From Candidatus Pacearchaeota archaeon (lineage in GTDB: Archaea > Nanobdellota > Nanobdellia > Pacearchaeales > GW2011-AR1), in contig JAGVWX010000019.1 in assembly GCA_018304105.1 (NCBI GenBank), positions 65,411-129,410 of the forward strand: 64,000 nucleotides of DNA, in the 5' to 3' direction. Positions within the stretch are counted from its first letter, which is position 1. Each line of letters begins with the position of its first letter. Below, in pieces: positions 19,799 to 28,233 of the stretch. Position numbers and translations under genes: made by a program. Below the pieces are notes generated by a model. It searched no databases. It saw only the letters and a program-made list of their open reading frames with translations, and had not been told where the DNA came from.

Positions 19799-20542
19799 TT
19801 AGCTTTTCTTCTTCAACAGAGCGGCGGCCTTTTTATCCAAAAGGATTGTTACGTCGTCGTGATTTTGGAGCGCGGAAGCTGGGCATTTTGTGCTTGCTGG
19901 AGATTCAAGCATTTCTTTTACTGCTTTGGCTTTGTGGTTTCCTGTTGCAATCAAGATAATTTTCTTTGATTCTAAGATTGTTCCGATTCCGATTGTTAAA
20001 GCTCTTTTTGGAGATTTGAATAACGAAAATATTTTTCCAAAGTTTGAAGCTTTTGTTTGGTATGTCAAGATTACTTCTCTTGTGCGGCTGTCGAATGGCG
20101 AGCCGGGCTCGTTGAATGCAATGTGGCCGTTTACGCCGATGCCAAGAAACATCAAATCAATGCCGCCGGCTTTTTTTATTTTCTCTTCGTACTCTTCGCA
20201 TTCTCTTGTAATGTTTATTGCAGAACCTTTGAGAAAGTGAAGGTTTTTTTCTGGAATTTTTCCTCTTTTGAAAAGATTTTTGTTCAGGAAATATTCAAAA
20301 CTGTCCTTTTGCTCGGGACTTAACCCAATGTATTCGTCCAGGTCGAAGATTTTTGTTTTTGAGAAGTTTAGTTTTTTATCTTTGTAAACTCTTACTAACT
20401 CGTTGTAAACAGGGATGACTGTTTTTCCTGTGGGCAGTCCAATAGCAAGATTCGGTTTTTTGTTCAGCTCAGATTCTATCTGTTCTACTGCATATTTGGA
20501 AATTTCAGAAGGGTCTTCGAAAATTATTATTTTCGGTTTCAT
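19799..20542 (-). CDS. nagB: Glucosamine-6-phosphate deaminase / 6-phosphogluconolactonase family
   Basis: GLPTGKT, FDLDEYIGL, LGIGVNGHIAFNEPGS motifs. Confidence 0.8.
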   Translation of the reverse strand: MKPKIIIFEDPSEISKYAVEQIESELNKKPNLAIGLPTGKTVIPVYNELVRVYKDKKLNFSKTKIFDLDEYIGLSPEQKDSFEYFLNKNLFKRGKIPEKNLHFLKGSAINITRECEEYEEKIKKAGGIDLMFLGIGVNGHIAFNEPGSPFDSRTREVILTYQTKASNFGKIFSLFKSPKRALTIGIGTILESKKIILIATGNHKAKAVKEMLESPASTKCPASALQNHDDVTILLDKKAAALLKKKS

Positions 20543-20616
20543 GTTGCTTACCTTGAGTAATAACGAATTCGAGGTTTTTAAGGTTTTGTTAACGAAATAA
20601 TTATAAAACGTTCTTA

Positions 20617-21234
20617 ATGAAAAGAGTTATGACTCGGGAACTGGTAAAAGTTGGAATTGACATTGATGATGTTAAGGCGAAATTTATGGAAACGCTGCAG
20701 GGATGGCATAACCGCAGATATGGCACTAGCCTTGCAAGAGAAAATATTAGAGATTATGACTTTTGGAAAATTTGGGGATGCGATAAGGACGAAGGTTTGA
20801 GGAGGATGCGGGAGTTTTTTCAGAGCGCCGATTTTGAGGCAATCGAGCCGATTGAAGGTTCACAAGAAGGATGCCGCGAACTTGCAAGAGATTTTGATTT
20901 GGTTTCTATTACTTATCGACCAGTAAGTTCGGGGAAACAGACATTGCCCTGGATAAATAATTATTTTCATGGTCTTTTTTCTGCGGTTTATTTTGCAAAT
21001 CTATTTCCTCCTTATGGAACTATAAGAAAAAAAGTTGAAATTTGCAGAGAAGCTGGCGTCAGAGTAATGGTTGATGATTCTGCCGATGTAGCGGAAGAAT
21101 GTTACAGGGCAGGAATAGGCGTTGTCCTTTTGAATACTCCCTGGAATGAAAGCAGGGGTTTACCTTCGGGAATTTGCAGAGCTGACGACTGGAAAGGGGT
21201 TGTGCCGGCTGTTAGGAGATTAGTTAGCCTTTGA
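20617..21234 (+). CDS. HAD-superfamily 5'(3')-deoxyribonucleotidase-like phosphatase
   Basis: GIDIDDV (DxDxV) and MVDDS motifs. Confidence 0.6.
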   Translation: MKRVMTRELVKVGIDIDDVKAKFMETLQGWHNRRYGTSLARENIRDYDFWKIWGCDKDEGLRRMREFFQSADFEAIEPIEGSQEGCRELARDFDLVSITYRPVSSGKQTLPWINNYFHGLFSAVYFANLFPPYGTIRKKVEICREAGVRVMVDDSADVAEECYRAGIGVVLLNTPWNESRGLPSGICRADDWKGVVPAVRRLVSL

Positions 21235-22630
21235 TAACAGCTAACGGTTTTAGTTTGGCGACAATCTTTCCAATTCCTAATTCATCTGAAACTTTGACGA
21301 CTTCATCTACGTCTTTGTAAGCTTGCGGAGCTTCTTCGACGAGGCCGTTCAATGAGCCGGCTTTGATTGAAATGTTTTTTTGCTCGAGGTCTTTTTTTAC
21401 TTCTTCTGGAGTGAGAGTTTCTTTTGCTTTTGTTCTGCTCATGACTCTGCCTGCGCCGTGGGCAGTTGATGCGAATGAAATTTCTCTTGCTTTTTCTGTT
21501 CCCACTAAGACGTACGAAGAAGTTCCCATTGAGCCAGGAATTAAAACTGGCTGGCCGACTTCGCGGTAATCTTCTGGGAGCTCTTTTCTTCCTGGGCCGA
21601 AACTTCTCGTTGCGCCTTTTCTGTGAACGCAGAGAGTTTGCTTTTTGCCTTCGATGGTGAACTCTTCAAACTTTGCGATGTTGTGTGCGACGTCGTAGAC
21701 GATTTCTATTTTTATTTTTTCAAAGAATTTTTTGAAAGATTGCCTGACTTGATCGGTTATGATTTGGCGGTTTGCGAAAGCGAAGTTTGCTGCGGCAGCC
21801 ATCGCGGAAAGATATTCTTTTCCTAACTCGGATTCAATAGGGGCACAGGCGAGTTCTCTGTCTGGAAGGTTTGAAAAGCCATAGACTTTTTCCATTTTCT
21901 GGATGTAGTCTGATGCGGTTTGGTGTCCAAGACCGCGGGAGCCAGTGTGAATTAAGACGACGACTTGGTCTTTTTTGAGACCGAAAACTTTTGCTGTTTT
22001 TTCGTCGATTATAGATTCAACGAACTGGACTTCAATGAAATGATTTCCTGCGCCGATTGTTCCTAATTGGGATTTGCCTCTGGCCTTTGCTCTTTGCGAT
22101 AGTTTTTTTGGCTCTGCGTTTTTTATGCATCCTGAATCTTCCGTATGCAAGAGGTCTTTTTCTGTTGCGTATTTTTTTTCGAGGCACCATTGAGAACCTT
22201 TGAGAAGGACTTCGTCGAGTTCTTTTTCTGAGAGTTTTAGCTCTGAGCCGCGGCCGACGCCGGAAGGAATATTTTTGTCGAGTTCTTTCAAGACTTGCGC
22301 TCTCTTTATTAGGAATTCGTCTTTTGAAAGGTTTGTGCTTAGTAGACGGACGCCGCAATTAATATCATAACCTATTCCTCCTGGAGAGATAATTCCTTTC
22401 TTGAGGTCGAATGCTGCGACGCCACCGACAGGAAATCCATAGCCTTGGTGAGCGTCAGGCATCGCGATGGATTTTTCTACGATTCCAGGAAGGCATGCAA
22501 CATTCTTCACTTGTTCAAGAGTTTTGTCCTGGGAAATCTTTTCAAATAATTTTTGAGATGCGAATACAACTCCTGGAACGAGCATTTTGCCTTCTTTCTC
22601 AATGATTTGGATGTTTTGATTTTCTTGCAT
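21224..22630 (-). CDS. rtcB: RNA 3'-phosphate ligase RtcB
   Basis: 468 aa; PDAHQGYG, GYDINCG, HTGSRGLGHQ, AHGAGR motifs. Confidence 0.95.
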   Translation of the reverse strand: MQENQNIQIIEKEGKMLVPGVVFASQKLFEKISQDKTLEQVKNVACLPGIVEKSIAMPDAHQGYGFPVGGVAAFDLKKGIISPGGIGYDINCGVRLLSTNLSKDEFLIKRAQVLKELDKNIPSGVGRGSELKLSEKELDEVLLKGSQWCLEKKYATEKDLLHTEDSGCIKNAEPKKLSQRAKARGKSQLGTIGAGNHFIEVQFVESIIDEKTAKVFGLKKDQVVVLIHTGSRGLGHQTASDYIQKMEKVYGFSNLPDRELACAPIESELGKEYLSAMAAAANFAFANRQIITDQVRQSFKKFFEKIKIEIVYDVAHNIAKFEEFTIEGKKQTLCVHRKGATRSFGPGRKELPEDYREVGQPVLIPGSMGTSSYVLVGTEKAREISFASTAHGAGRVMSRTKAKETLTPEEVKKDLEQKNISIKAGSLNGLVEEAPQAYKDVDEVVKVSDELGIGKIVAKLKPLAVIKG

Positions 22631-22654
22631 GTTATATGTGAGGAAGAAGAAGTT

Positions 22655-22996
22655 TTAAGGGTTGCGATTGGGAGGACTGCTAACGCGGCGAACAAAAACA
22701 TCTGGAGCTAAATGACAAATCACACGAATGCGAGCGTTTCTTTCTGCATCTTTTTTTACATAAATTTGAATGCCTGTATCAATGTCAACTTCTTCGGAAG
22801 GGCTACTTAATGAATAAGTTACTGGCATCAGGTAATTTCTTCCGCCTTTTTCTAAGGCAAAAATTGCTAGGTAATTTTGATTATGGTTTGCCGTCCCGCA
22901 GAGAGTCATCTTAAATTCTCCTCCGCTATCTCGGATGAACATCAGACTATCTTCTCCCCTTAGAGCATGCGCGCAATATCTTTCTGTCCGGGTCAT
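22655..22996 (-). CDS. Hypothetical protein (orphan)
   Basis: 113 aa, no motif recognised. Confidence 0.4.
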   Translation of the reverse strand: MTRTERYCAHALRGEDSLMFIRDSGGEFKMTLCGTANHNQNYLAIFALEKGGRNYLMPVTYSLSSPSEEVDIDTGIQIYVKKDAERNARIRVICHLAPDVFVRRVSSPPNRNP

Positions 22997-23096
22997 ACAT
23001 CTTTTCTAAGATTGTGGTTTTTTAATGTTTCGGCTGGATTGACTTTTGATAAAAAAAGCATCTAAATGTTTAAAAGTTGGGAGATTTTTTAGGATT

Positions 23097-23594
23097 ATGC
23101 CAAACAAGGGAATAATCTTAAGGCCTAGGTTTGCAATAAAAGGCAGTGCGAGACGAGTTGATATTTTAAGCGGATTCGTAACCCGGATTTACCAGGGCGT
23201 TAATGATTCTGATCGAGTGAGGAGAGAAGGAGGAGATATTTCTTTTAATTATCCTGCCGCCAGTATTTTTGGGATAAACTTCGGATGGTCTTTTCAGTTT
23301 TGGGATCCGCGGCAACTTCCTGAAACTTTGGCCCCGGATTTTGGGAGCACGCGCTGTATTTGTGTTGTAGGCGAGCATTATGGATTTTATTTTTTACCCG
23401 GACCGCAACAACAAATTCAGGATGGAACTAATGTTGTAAGGGGCATACCTGTTTATACTTTTAAGAGGCCAGAAAGCCAGAAAGTCACAGAGGAGGGGTC
23501 GGGGTTGGTCTTTGGGTATAATGCAAGAACTAACGATGCGCAAAGAATTGCAAGAATCGAGGAAGAATTGCGTAAACGTGGCACTATTTTGTAG
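23097..23594 (+). CDS. Hypothetical protein (orphan)
   Basis: ATG 23097 is about 25-30 nt after TATA atgtttaaaagtt; 165 aa, G/R/F-rich. Confidence 0.45.
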   Translation: MPNKGIILRPRFAIKGSARRVDILSGFVTRIYQGVNDSDRVRREGGDISFNYPAASIFGINFGWSFQFWDPRQLPETLAPDFGSTRCICVVGEHYGFYFLPGPQQQIQDGTNVVRGIPVYTFKRPESQKVTEEGSGLVFGYNARTNDAQRIARIEEELRKRGTIL

Positions 23595-23612
23595 GAGTTT
23601 ATTCTTAAGACT

Positions 23613-24023
23613 CTAGACGTCCAGAACCATTTGGGCTTCCCAGATGTGAGACGAATTTTCTTTGAGCTGGATTTCTGAATATGTCGGGGCTTTGATTTCG
23701 TCGAGGCCTTTGTAGTTCTTGGCGTCGTCTCCATAGAATGTTACTTTGAGGTTGTTGCCTAACGCTTGGATTTCTGCTTTTGCTGTGACGAAGTTTTTTG
23801 TGTCTACCAAAGAGATTTGCTCTTCTATTAATCTGTAAAGAAGGTTTTCTTTGTCTAAACCATGAATGTCTGCAGCCACGGCTTTTTTTGGCTTTACTGA
23901 ATTGCCTTTTGCGATGAAAGATGCGACTGCCAGAACAGAGTTCTCAAGAACTTCGTTGAATGTTTTGCCATAAGCTTTGAATTTTGCCTCGGATGTGTGC
24001 GAGAGAAAGATGAATTTTTCCAT
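23613..24023 (-). CDS. Archease (RtcB activator)
   Basis: 136 aa, MEKFIFLSHTSEAKFKAYG start typical of archease. Confidence 0.8.
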   Translation of the reverse strand: MEKFIFLSHTSEAKFKAYGKTFNEVLENSVLAVASFIAKGNSVKPKKAVAADIHGLDKENLLYRLIEEQISLVDTKNFVTAKAEIQALGNNLKVTFYGDDAKNYKGLDEIKAPTYSEIQLKENSSHIWEAQMVLDV

Positions 24024-24074
24024 GCTTAATTAAGAAGTTGGTGATATAAATAATTAGCTAATTCTAATGTCTGA

Positions 24075-24275
24075 TTATTTTGTCTGATTCCAGAATCTTT
24101 TAAGGATAGGATTTAATATTCCTACGATAATAAAAAACATAAATAATCCTATAAGAACATGTAATGTTGAAGGGATATTTAGATTAGCAAGAAGAAAGTA
24201 ATGCACTGTTAAAACTAATGCTACTGTGATAAAAGCAGAGACTCCGTAATATCCGTCATCGTCTTTTTTTGGCAT
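24075..24275 (-). CDS. Small membrane protein
   Basis: 66 aa, 2 TM. Confidence 0.4.
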   Translation of the reverse strand: MPKKDDDGYYGVSAFITVALVLTVHYFLLANLNIPSTLHVLIGLFMFFIIVGILNPILKRFWNQTK

Positions 24276-24346
24276 TTAAATGATAGATTCTAATGATTTA
24301 AATATCTTTCTTAGATTAATTTTATGAGAATTGAACGCTGGTTTTT

Positions 24347-25324
24347 ATGAAAGTGTGTTCCAGAATCTTCCCACAGATTTATAAATTTGCTAGTTTTTTC
24401 TTGGGAATGAGGTTTTTGGATTTCGTGGTTCTGTTCATGCTGTTCGCTTTGCTAGTCGGGGGAATGTATCTGCTGTGGCTGAATTTTCCCTCTGAGCCAA
24501 CGGAGTTTGAGAAATATACTGCAAATTTGTCTTTTGACCTGCCGAGCAAGAGCTCACAGTTTCATCAGAACATGAGATATCCGGACAGGACGATTAGTTA
24601 TTTTATTTCAAAAAATTGCAGTACAAAGAAGACGAGCGATTTTCTCAAAGCAGCGAGTTTTCTTGAGGAGAAGACAATTTTGGATTTCAAGGAGTCGGTT
24701 AAGCCGGATATTTTGATAACTTGTTCGAATGTTGCGCCGGAGCCGAATGAGCAAGGGCATTTTGTTGCGGGAGAGGGAGGACCTTCGGTGATTGTTAACA
24801 CCACGAGGTTTGCGGTCATAATGCTTGGAAGAGTTGGGCTGTACAGGCCGGAGACTTGCGATACGCCGCAGGTTGCGACACATGAAATTTTGCATGCGCT
24901 CGGATTTGACCACAACGACAATTCTTCGAGCATCATGTATCCGATAACAAGCTGTGACCAGGTTTTGGATGATGATATCGTCGAAGAAATTGAAAAACTT
25001 TATTCTGTGCCGTCTGCAGGGGATCTTGTAATTGAAAGTGTGAAGGCAAACAAGACAGGAAGATACTTGGGTTTCGAAATTGTTATAGCAAATTATGGCT
25101 TGAAGGCAATCACTGAATCTAAATTGAAAGTGATGGTAGGAAATTCTGTTGCTAAAGAATTTGAGATGGGAACTTTGGATATCGGTTCCAAAAAAAGCCT
25201 GACTATTACCAATCTGAGAGTTTCCGGCGACACGAGCGAAATTTCTTTAGTTATTGAAACAGAAGAGAATGAAATTGACAAAGAAAATAATTATGCTGAG
25301 ATAAAAGTTGCTAGTGGGAGTTAG
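24347..25324 (+). CDS. Membrane-anchored metzincin (matrixin-like) Zn protease with C-terminal CARDB-like domain
   Basis: HEILHALGFDH (HExxHxxGxxH) + Met-turn SIMYP; the start may be ATG 24407 (MRFLDFVVLF...). Confidence 0.8.
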   Translation: MKVCSRIFPQIYKFASFFLGMRFLDFVVLFMLFALLVGGMYLLWLNFPSEPTEFEKYTANLSFDLPSKSSQFHQNMRYPDRTISYFISKNCSTKKTSDFLKAASFLEEKTILDFKESVKPDILITCSNVAPEPNEQGHFVAGEGGPSVIVNTTRFAVIMLGRVGLYRPETCDTPQVATHEILHALGFDHNDNSSSIMYPITSCDQVLDDDIVEEIEKLYSVPSAGDLVIESVKANKTGRYLGFEIVIANYGLKAITESKLKVMVGNSVAKEFEMGTLDIGSKKSLTITNLRVSGDTSEISLVIETEENEIDKENNYAEIKVASGS

Positions 25325-25539
25325 GATTTGCTGAGACTCCTAAAGAATTCTCAATTGTCCGCAATCCTTGAGGCTGCGGAAATTGTTTTGCAGCTTCGCT
25401 CCGCTCGCTGCTCACATTATCCAATCGTCATTTAATAAAATTGCACATATTCGGTCAAAAGGCCCTCAACGTTTATTTTTTAGTAAAACAAAAACTTAGG
25501 AATCTTTAAATATCAAATTGCCATCATATAATATAAAAG

Positions 25540-26040
25540 ATGGCTGAAAAAGATCAAATTTCGAAGGAGAAGCTGGAGCATACGGGGGTTTTTGACTTTA
25601 AGGCGATGTATTCTTATGCGCATTCGTGGTTTGCCGAGCAGGGATATGGCATAATAGAAGAAAGATATATCGAGAAAGCAAAAGGCGATTCCCGAGACAT
25701 TATGATAGAATGGAAAGCATCTAAGGACTTTTCAGATTATTTCAGGTTCGAATACAAAATCAAGTTTGAAATTGAAGGATTGACTGATGTGGAAGTTGAA
25801 ATTGAAGGGAAGAGAAGACAAATGAACAAGGGCAGAGTTGTAGTTGAAATTACGGCTATTCTTGTGACGGATAAGGACGGGAAGTGGGAAAGCTCGTCGT
25901 TCAGCCGGTTTATGAGAGACGTTTACAACAAGTACATTGTGCCGTCAAGAGTAGAAAGTATGAAGATACTGCTTCTTAGCAAATCTACTGGATTTAAAGA
26001 TGATTTAAAGACGTTTATGAATCTGACAGCGAGACGATGA
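25540..26040 (+). CDS. Hypothetical protein
   Basis: 166 aa soluble ORF, host-like composition. Confidence 0.5.
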   Translation: MAEKDQISKEKLEHTGVFDFKAMYSYAHSWFAEQGYGIIEERYIEKAKGDSRDIMIEWKASKDFSDYFRFEYKIKFEIEGLTDVEVEIEGKRRQMNKGRVVVEITAILVTDKDGKWESSSFSRFMRDVYNKYIVPSRVESMKILLLSKSTGFKDDLKTFMNLTARR

Positions 26041-26215
26041 TTTTTTACGATGCTGATTTAATTTGAAGAGCGTTAAAATAGCTTCAATTTTCAGAAGTAT
26101 TAATATTATAACGCATTAGGTTTAGCTTGAGGGATGAAAGCTGTGGGGCTGAGTTGTGTCTGGGGTATTTTTTGAATATGGAAATTGTTAAAAAGAGATT
26201 GAGATAAAAATTAAT

Positions 26216-26440
26216 ATGGCTTCAGATGTGGCTGCAGGGAGGACTGTGGAAGGAATTGTTGAAAGGGTCAGGTGGATATTTAGATATTTTTACGGTGATG
26301 GAAAAGAAGTAGACTTGGGACCGTATATGACATGGGGGACTGCGCGCGCCGCGAGGGATTATGTTGCAAATTCTGGAACGAGATGTTCTCCGCCAGTTAG
26401 GGTTTCGGAAAGTTATCAACTGAGAAGGGGCGAAGATTAG
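26216..26440 (+). CDS. Hypothetical small protein (orphan)
   Basis: 74 aa R/G/V-rich; lies between the ATAGCTTCAATT motif (26078) and the TTTCAACAAAG motif (26458). Confidence 0.35.
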   Translation: MASDVAAGRTVEGIVERVRWIFRYFYGDGKEVDLGPYMTWGTARAARDYVANSGTRCSPPVRVSESYQLRRGED

Positions 26441-26485
26441 TTGATGTTCTTTAATTTTTTCAACAAAGAAGACAGGATACAAATC

Positions 26486-26493
26486 TTTAAATA
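26486..26493 (+). promoter_or_regulatory. TATA box for 26515 gene
   Basis: tttaaata about 22 nt before the ATG; tttcaacaaag 17 nt further upstream. Confidence 0.5.
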
Positions 26494-26514
26494 ATTCGAG
26501 GAGAGTGAGTAATC

Positions 26515-27891
26515 ATGAAAATTTGGTGTTTACTGCTGTTGATAGGAATTTTTGCAGTTTTTGCATGTTCGACAGTTTTAGCAGAGACGGGACTGGAAGT
26601 TGAAGAAGTCAATAAGGAAAATGTTGTTGTTGCAGAAATTGGGAACTCTGCTTATTATGATTTAAAGATAAATAATCTGGATGGTGAAGACCAGTTCATG
26701 GTTTTTACTTTGGTTGGCGTGCAAATTGAGCCGAGAGACTATTTTAATTTGAGTTCTGGGAATACAACAGTGCCGATAAAAGCTACTATGAGCGAGAAAA
26801 TTCTCCGAGAAAGAAGGGATTTGCTTTTTTTCGAGTATCAAATAAAAGGAATGAACAGAGATATTTTCAAGAGCAAGCTGCTTGTTAATATTGTTTCGGT
26901 GAAAGATATTTTGGAAATTAATTATGGTTCTTTTCATCCAGACAATGATAAGATAGAAGTTTTTGTGAATAATAAGGAAGACGTTCGGCTTGAGAACCTG
27001 ACTTTGGTTCTTGAATCGGTTTTTTTCAGAGAGTCAACTCCTTTTAGTATTGGACCGCATGAAAACAAGACTTTTTTAATTTTGGTTAACAAGGAAGGGA
27101 CAGAAGACCTTGTTGCCGGGCCGTATATTTCGACGACGACTGTTGTGGTGAATGGGAAAGAAGTCAAACTTGAAGGAGTGGTTGATTTTCTTGAGAAAGA
27201 AGGAACTTCTGTTTCAGAGTCAACTGAAGGAATAATAATCAGGACGACTGTGATAAACAAAATAAATAAAGGCAACACTCCGGTTGCTGCAAGCGTGAGC
27301 ATGAAGAAAGACATTTTGTCGAGGCTGTTCACTAGTTTCACGCCAGAGCCGAGCCAGACGACCAGAGACGGTTTTTTTATTGAGTACACTTGGCAGAAAA
27401 ATTTGGCTCCGAGCGAGGAGTTGGCTGTTAAGGCAACCACAAACTATACAATTCCGTTTTTGATATTGGTTTTGATTGTTGCTGTCGGTGGTGTTGCGAG
27501 ATTTTATTATTTAAAGTCTGTTTCGATAAGCAAGAGAGTTTCTCTTGTCAGGACTAAGGGGGGGGAATTCGCGCTGAGAGTTGTATTGAGAGTGAGGGCG
27601 AGAAAGTCTGTGGAGAAACTTCAATTGACCGACTCTTTGCCCGGGATGACTAAGCTCTATGAAAATTTCGGAAAGCAGCCCGACATGATTGAGAAGGACA
27701 GCAGAAGATTGGCATGGAATGTCGGACATTTGGGAAGAGGAGAATCAAGAGTTTATTCTTATGTTATCTACTCAAAGCTGAATGTTGTCGGAAGATTTGA
27801 ACTGCCCCTGGCTCATGCACGATTTGAGAAAGACGGGAAAGTTGGAGAAGCGTATTCTAACAGAGCTTATCTGGCGATGGAGAAGAGCTAG
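26515..27891 (+). CDS. Secreted beta-sandwich-rich protein with a TM segment (DUF11/CARDB-like)
   Basis: Signal peptide, internal TM (IPFLILVLIVAVGGV), C-terminal LTDSLPG...VYSYVIYSK region. Confidence 0.5.
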   Translation: MKIWCLLLLIGIFAVFACSTVLAETGLEVEEVNKENVVVAEIGNSAYYDLKINNLDGEDQFMVFTLVGVQIEPRDYFNLSSGNTTVPIKATMSEKILRERRDLLFFEYQIKGMNRDIFKSKLLVNIVSVKDILEINYGSFHPDNDKIEVFVNNKEDVRLENLTLVLESVFFRESTPFSIGPHENKTFLILVNKEGTEDLVAGPYISTTTVVVNGKEVKLEGVVDFLEKEGTSVSESTEGIIIRTTVINKINKGNTPVAASVSMKKDILSRLFTSFTPEPSQTTRDGFFIEYTWQKNLAPSEELAVKATTNYTIPFLILVLIVAVGGVARFYYLKSVSISKRVSLVRTKGGEFALRVVLRVRARKSVEKLQLTDSLPGMTKLYENFGKQPDMIEKDSRRLAWNVGHLGRGESRVYSYVIYSKLNVVGRFELPLAHARFEKDGKVGEAYSNRAYLAMEKS

Positions 27892-27900
27892 GGTTTCTTA

Positions 27901-28179
27901 TTAACACATATCCCAAAAAGCATCTTCTGCAGATTGAAATATTTCTGGAGCTCTTTCAATATCTCTAGCAAGTTCACCATTTCTGACCAAGCTTCTCCAT
28001 TGTTCTGTGGTAATGTCTTCATATAAACAGATTGCTTCACTTCCATCATTATAGTGAAACGGCTCTTGTCCCAATTCAATATCGTAAAGTCCTCGCTGGT
28101 TTTTTGTTCGAATTATTGAGTATCTTGCTCGACCTTTTATGCATAATAGACCTTTAGTATGTGATACATTTCGGAGCAT
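27901..28179 (-). CDS. Hypothetical protein (orphan)
   Basis: 92 aa. Confidence 0.35.
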   Translation of the reverse strand: MLRNVSHTKGLLCIKGRARYSIIRTKNQRGLYDIELGQEPFHYNDGSEAICLYEDITTEQWRSLVRNGELARDIERAPEIFQSAEDAFWDMC

Positions 28180-28233
28180 AAAATAAATTAGTACATTTGT
28201 TAATAAATCTTTCTAACTTATCTTTTACAAAAT

